From assembly GCF_009914755.1 (NCBI RefSeq), contig NC_060933.1: 64,000 nt of DNA; one strand, written 5' to 3'. Source of the DNA: the human T2T-CHM13v2.0 reference genome, Homo sapiens. The notes below the pieces were generated by a model. It saw only the letters and a program-made list of their open reading frames with translations. It was not told the origin of the DNA and did not search any database. This document shows, piece after piece, positions 24,409 to 64,000 of the stretch (position 1 is the stretch's first letter; each line of letters starts with the position of its first letter). Both the position numbers and the translations under genes were made by a program.

Positions 24409-24414
24409 AATAAA
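24409..24414 (+). terminator. UAP1L1 poly(A) signal AATAAA
   Basis: Canonical hexamer followed by GU/U-rich sequence. Confidence 0.75.
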
Positions 24415-24829
24415 CACAAGGTGCCGTAATTGACTGCTACTCTGGCAAGTGCAGTTTTTGGGCAGTGCACGGGTGTTGGGAACAAGGATCAGGTGTTCAC
24501 AGCTGTGTCCCAGGGCTGGAGCTCACTGGGGGCCCCCTTAGGGACAGGAGTTCACACATGAAGGCCAAGACTACTTGGGGTGCCAAGGAATCCCCCCGCG
24601 GTCCCATCCCACTCTTCACCAGGGTCTCAGGAGGGCCTGAGACAACCTGCGGTCAGGAACCTCGGGGCGCTCTCCAGGGCAGGCTTCTGCATGCTCAGCT
24701 CTGACAGCCTGGAGACTCACTCTCCTGCACCTGCATCCTTGAGATGCCAAGGTTTCCCTGCTAACCACGTGAGGATGCTTGGGGTACTCCAGGGACTGAC
24801 AAGAGTGAGTGGTGTCAACCTAAAGAGAA

Positions 24830-50545
<25,716 letters not shown>

Positions 50546-51115
50546 GGTGGATGGCTGCTGGTGTGGGGACTTCGGGTGGGCAGAGGCACCTTGCTGGGTC
50601 TGTGGCATTTTCCAAGGGCCCACGTAGCACCGGCAACCGCCAAGTGGCCCAGGCTCTGAACTGGCTCTGGGCTCCTCCTCGTCTCTGCTTTAATCAGGAC
50701 ACCGTGAGGACAAGTGAGGCCGTCAGTCTTGGTGTGATGCGGGGTGGGCTGGGCCGCTGGAGCCTCCGCCTGCTTCCTCCAGAAGACACGAATCATGACT
50801 CACGATTGCTGAAGCCTGAGCAGGTCTCTGTGGGCCGACCAGAGGGGGGCTTCGAGGTGGTCCCTGGTACTGGGGTGACCGAGTGGACAGCCCAGGGTGC
50901 AGCTCTGCCCGGGCTCGTGAAGCCTCAGATGTCCCCAATCCAAGGGTCTGGAGGGGCTGCCGTGACTCCAGAGGCCTGAGGCTCCAGGGCTGGCTCTGGT
51001 GTTTACAAGCTGGACTCAGGGATCCTCCTGGCCGCCCCGCAGGGGGCTTGGAGGGCTGGACGGCAAGTCCGTCTAGCTCACGGGCCCCTCCAGTGGAATG
51101 GGTCTTTTCGGTGGA

Positions 51116-51121
51116 GATAAA
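51116..51121 (+). terminator. Probable MAN1B1 variant poly(A) signal GATAAA
   Basis: The only hexamer-like signal seen after the stop, followed by GU-rich TGTGTCTTT. Confidence 0.55.
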
Positions 51122-52499
51122 AGTTGATTTGCTCTAACCGCGATGTCGCCTGTGTCTTTAGGGATCTCCATGACTGGAAAGTCTGGGCGGACGTTGGGGA
51201 GAAGGTATTCTTCAAGTCACGTCTCAGAATTCGGTTTGCTGAGACTGGACTCTAGCTGTCCCCTGCTGGTGGGCAGGGAGAGGCCACGGGGAAGCTCCGT
51301 GTCCCTGGCCCCACGGGGCAGATGCTTGGCGGGAGGCATCCTTGCGCCTGCGTTTCACACAGGGCCTGTTTCCCTGCAGGGCTGGCACTGAGGCGCACAG
51401 TTGAGGGATACACGGGCCCTCAGGTCAGGCAGCTCCCAGCAGCCTGGCATGGCTATGGCCCCGAGCCCTGGGCTGTGGTGGCAGAGTTGTCCTCATCATC
51501 ACTCTACTGCTGTCCCTATCCCAGGGCTGACCCTGGGCCTTGGCTGGGTTCCCCCCGACCCTGAACCAGGTGACCTCTTAGGACCACGCCCCCTCGCTCT
51601 CCCCTGTGAAAAATCCATCACCTTCACTTCCGGAAGACTCCCCTTCCCTGGGAAGCCAGAGCCGGTGGCGGCACAGGGCAGGGCTACCCGGACCCAGCCC
51701 AGGATTGCCAGCTCCGCCCCTCGGGACGTCGGGGCCCCGAGTGTGGGCCTCGGCTCTGCCTGTCCCCACAACCCCCAACATCCCACAGCAGCCACCTGTG
51801 TCCCTCTGGGGACAGTGGGCACCCTGGGGCTTCGTCTCCCACCTCATGCTGGGCCCTGATCCTGCACTCCACCCTCTGTGCCTGGAAAGGTGAGAACATC
51901 GGCTGTCATGTGACCCTGGCGCCTGCCCCTTGTCACGGTGGGCCCAGCACGGCCCTAGCCTGCCCCTTGTCAGTACCACCCTAGCCCGCCCCTTGTCACG
52001 GTGGGCCCAGTGCTGCCCTCCTGGACCAGGTGCCCCATGGCCGGCTGAACGGGCAGGACTAGGGCAGCAGGTGGGGCCTCAACAGCCGGAAAAGGTGCAC
52101 CTTCTCCATCTCACCCAGACCTCCGAGACTAACGTGCTGGGGGCGTGGTCCCAGAGGGTGGAGGGACAGCAACTGCATGCCCCTTGGGGGCCAAAAGCAC
52201 TGTCCAGTGGCCTCCCCTGGAGGGGTCGCTGTGTACAGAGGATGTCAGGGAAGGAGTCACCTTGGAGGTGTGGCTGCAGCCTCTGTCTGCTGCGGCTCAG
52301 CAGAGCGGGGCTTCCTTGCGGGGCACTGCCCCCCGCTGCCCTAAGGAGCAGACCTGAGCGTTGTGGAGCACATGGCATACCCGGCCTGTGTGGGGTGCGC
52401 CGCGTCCCCAGCCGTGTCTCCGAGGGTCCCGCTCCCACAGCCTGTGTGTGGGCCCCACAGACAGGAAGGACGGGACATACATGGCCAGGCCTCCAGGCG

Positions 52500-52505
52500 T
52501 TTATT
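52500..52505 (-). terminator. DPP7 poly(A) signal AATAAA
   Basis: TTTATT on plus, 80 nt downstream of the DPP7 stop. Confidence 0.85.
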
Positions 52506-52585
52506 CAGCCCCTTCCCTCTGCCGCCAGCTGCTTGAGTGAAGCCCCCACTCCATGAGGAGCCTTGAGACCCCTCCAGTCCTGTGC

Positions 52586-57100
<4,515 letters not shown>

Positions 57101-58182
57101 GAGTGTGGGGTGCCCCTGGAGCGTCTGGGCAGGGCCGGGATGTGGCCGGGTAGCTCCCAAGAGCTGGGAATCGCCACCTGCCCTTCCGACTGGCACCCAG
57201 TGTGCCCACACAGCCCTGCAGGGACAAGGGGGGACCAGAGGCCTCTGCTGGGAGCTGGGGCCTCCTCCCTGGGGAGCACCCAGAGGATGGAAGAAGTCAC
57301 CTTTCCCCAGCGTCCAGTTCAGGGAGTGGGTGAGGGGGCCGTAGTGGTGGGTGCCAGACTAGCTACGTGGAGTCCTGCTGGGGATGTACATGGGCCGCTA
57401 GCCAGGCCCAGAACAGGTGCAGGGGCAGCAGGGGCTCAGCTACAGAGAGTTACCCTGTCCTTCTCCCAAGACTACCCTCGGCCAGCATGACCCTGCCCTG
57501 CCCATCCTGTGTGGGGCTGAGCGGAGAAGACCGGCCACTTCCACAGCCCCTCACGCCATGGCCCTCCCGTGCCTCACACAGAGGCACCCCCCATGGTGGG
57601 TGACTGGTGGCTGGGGCCCTCAGCATGGTGGCAGTGACCATCACGTCACACTGCAACACGAGGTCATCCAGGGCCACACACCGTCCCCACCACGGCCCTC
57701 ACATCTGGGCCCTGTCCCATCCCTACGCAGTTCCTGGGGCTGCCTGCCGGGGCCCCCGCAGGACGGGGGTGAGGACAAACAGCAGACCTCCTTGGATGTG
57801 GAGGTACCCCACGGCGTCCCCCACCCCACACCTCTGCTCCTTTGGCTCCCTCGGGTGCCTTAGGTGGCCAGAACTCCACCAGCAACCCTCACCCAGGACC
57901 GCAGCTCTGGAGATGCCAGCTAGGCCGAGAGCTGGCCAGCTCCCCAAGCACACCAGAGCCTGGAGACGCTCCAGGCTTGGCTGGGCCCACAGAGGGGCCA
58001 GAGCCTCAGGGAGGGCTCCAGGAGCAGGGTTTCCAAGGAAGCCACTTTCCCTCTTGTCCACGGCCCAGGCATTGATGCCCCTTCTGGGCAGCAGCCAGGG
58101 CCTCCCAAGCCGGGAAGGGTGGGCATGGGGCTACCCAGCATGGCTCTGCCAGGGGTGAGGGTGGCCACAGTCCCCTGCCCAC

Positions 58183-59112
58183 ATCCCTGTGCCCACAGAA
58201 ACATATGCTGTATGGAATCAAGGTTTAAGGCATCTAGGCCTGTGCTGGTAACCTGTAACCTTAGCCCCATCCCTGTGCCCACAGAAACATGTGCTGTATT
58301 GACTCAAGGTTTAGGGGATTTAGGGCTGTGCAGGATGTGCTTTGTTAACAATGTGTTTGCAGGCAGTATGCTTGGTAAAAGTCATCGCCATCCTCCATTC
58401 TCCATTAACCAGGGACACAGTGCACTGCGGAAAGCCGCAGGGACCTCTGCCCAAGAAAGCCTGGGTATTGTCCAGGTTTCCCCCCAGTGAGACGGCCTGA
58501 GATATGGCCTCGTGGGAAGGGAAAGACCTGATCGTCCCCCAGCCCGACACCCATAAAGGGTCTGTGCTGAGGAGGATTAGTGAAAGAGGGAGGCCTCTTT
58601 GCAGTTGAGATAAGAGGAAGGCTTCTGTCTCCGACATGCTCCTGGGAACGGAATGTCTCCGTGTAAAACCCGATCGTACATTAGTTCTATTCTGAGACAG
58701 GAGAAAACCGCCCTGTGGCTGGAGGCGAGATATGCTGGCGGCAATGCTGCTCTGTTACTCTGCTACACTGAGATGTTTGGGTGGAGAGAAGCATGAATCT
58801 GGCCTACGTGCACATCCGGGCACAGCACCTTCCCTTCAAGCTATTTGTGACACAGATGCCTTTGCTCACATTTTCTTGCTGACCTCTGCTCTGCTGCCGC
58901 ATTCCTCATGCAAAGATAGTGAAAATGGTAATGAATAAATACTGAGGGAACTCAGAGACCGGGGCCGGTGCGGGTCCTCCGTATGCTGAGCGCCGTCTCC
59001 TGGGCCCACTGCCTTCTCTATACTTTGTCTCTGTGTCTTATTTCTTTTCTCAGTCTCTCATCCCACCTGACGAGAAACACCCACAGGTGTGGAGGGGCTG
59101 GCCACCCCTTCA
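58183..59112 (+). mobile_element. HERV-K(HML-2)-type LTR5 (older LTR5A/B-like) solo LTR, 5'-truncated
   Basis: CACTGCGGAAAGCCGCAGGGACCTCTGCCC, GGAAGGGAAAGACCTG, AATAAATACT (58934), GGAACTCAGAG..GGTCCTCCGTATGCTGAGCG, and end CCCACAGGTGTGGAGGGGCTGGCCACCCCTTCA. The 5' TGTGGG terminus is absent. Confidence 0.8.
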
Positions 59113-59624
59113 CTGGCACAGCAACCTGACATGTGAAGGGGCCCAACTTCTGCAGGAGGACCCCAGGTCTGCATCGCCAGGGCCCTCGTCAGCCTGTGCA
59201 GGGCACAGTAGGTCACCCAAGGGGCAAGTGAGCCTAGGCTGCCCATGCCTGTGCAGACACCCCCGATCTCTCTCTGCCCATCCCCGGAGCAGCACAGACG
59301 GGCAGGTTGGCTGCAGAGCCACCAGCTGAGGGGGTGAGAGGTCCCTGGGCAGGGAATCCTGGGAGCCTGGCCAGCAAGGGTGAGAGGCTGCTGAGCCCAA
59401 ACCCTCCCCTCGAGGTCCATCTGCCCTCTCCAGACCATCTAGGCAGCTCCTCCACACCCCGATTCCTGCTGGGACACCCAGTCCCACCCTCTATGGCTCA
59501 CAGACTGGGGGCCATGCCCGGCCACACATCACGTCTGTGCTGTCCCTCAGACTGAAAGGCTATCGGCGGGCGGCTGGCCGTGACCTACTGCATCCGCACT
59601 TGGGGCCGTGCTGGTCTGTGTGCT

Positions 59625-63020
<3,396 letters not shown>

Positions 63021-63249
63021 TTTTTTTGTTGTTTTTTGGGTTTTTGTTGAGACGGAGTCTCGCTCTGTCACCCAGGCTGGAGTGCAGTAGCGCCATCTCG
63101 GCTCCTGCAACCTCTGCCTCGCAAGTTCAAGCGATTCTCCTGCCTCAGCCTCCCAGGTAGCTGGGATTACAGGCGCCCGCCACCACATCCGGCTAATTTT
63201 TGTATTTTTAGTAGAGTCGGGGTTTCATCATGTTGGCCGGACTGGTCTC

Positions 63250-64000
63250 TGTGGGCGGCAAGCCACCCAGGTGCCGAGGCAAGAGACCGAGGGCACGAGC
63301 TGTTCCAGTATAATAAAGAAAATATACAGAATAAGAATAGTTATACTGGAACTAGAATATAGATATGATATATGAATATTAATCATTAGTTTGTAGCATT
63401 ACTCTTTGTTCCAATATTATAATAATCTCTGTTCTACAATTATAACCTGGGAAAAACCAGGCCATACAGAGATAGGAGCTGAAGGGACATGGTGAGAAGC
63501 GACCAAAGACAAGTGTGAGCCTTCTGTTATGCCCAGACAGGGCCACTAGAGGGCTCCTTGGTCTAGCGGTAACGCCAGTGCCTGGGAAGACACCCACTGC
63601 TTAGCAGACCAGGAAAGGGAGTCTCGTTTCCCCAGGGGAGTTAGAGAAGACTCTGCTCCACCACCTCTTGTGGAAGGCCTGACATCAGTCAAGCCCGCCC
63701 GCAGCCATCCGGAGGCCTAAACGTCTCCCTGTGATGCTGTGCTTCAGCGGTCACGCTCCTGGTCCACTTTCGTGTTCCGCCCTGTACACCTGGCTGTGCC
63801 TTCTAGATAGCAGTAGCAGAATTAGTGAAAGTATTAAAGTGTTTGATCTCTCCGAGAAATACATAGAAGAAATAATGACATAAGCTGTCCCCATTCTCTC
63901 TCCGCCTCGGCTACCAAATAGGGAAGGGCCCCCTGTCCGGTGGACACGTGACTCACATGACCTTACGTATCGCTGGAGACGACTCACACTTCTTACCTGC
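63250..64000 (+). mobile_element. Second LTR13-like LTR, inserted in a minus Alu (about 63020-63249) and cut by the window end
   Basis: Starts TGTGGGCGGCAAGCCACCCAGGTGCCGAGGCAAGAGACC; collinear with but diverged from the 60443 copy. Confidence 0.88.

Overview
This is human genomic DNA, recognised from the encoded proteins as the GC-rich, Alu-dense subtelomeric 9q34.3 cluster. Four complete protein-coding genes were rebuilt exon by exon from GT-AG boundaries, each giving an uninterrupted ORF: SAPCD2 (-, 6 exons, 394 aa), UAP1L1 (+, 9 exons, 507 aa), MAN1B1 (+, 13 exons, 699 aa) and DPP7 (-, 13 exons, 492 aa). There is also a probable divergent lncRNA (MAN1B1-DT), four CpG-island promoters, dozens of Alus, old L1/L2/MER20 fragments, a MER41A solo LTR, a 5'-truncated LTR5 and two LTR13 copies. 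The most unusual structures are: (1) a ~4.3-kb minisatellite in MAN1B1 intron 8 that grew out of an old L1 3' end, whose units carry acceptor-like and donor-like motifs and are nearly stop-free on the sense strand; (2) two independent LTR13 insertions landing 6 bp apart in Alu coordinates, at the Pol III B-box of two different Alus; (3) a 41-bp G-rich VNTR in DPP7 intron 3 made by reiterating the exon-3 donor with GT>GC; (4) an overlapping uORF in MAN1B1 that ends just before Met37. No prokaryotic, CRISPR, tRNA or rRNA features were seen. No new enzymatic system is evident, and the findings are hypotheses. Most of the supplied ORF track is noise from GC-rich or Alu sequence. Repeat-family calls and reference-allele comparisons are from memory and need database confirmation.
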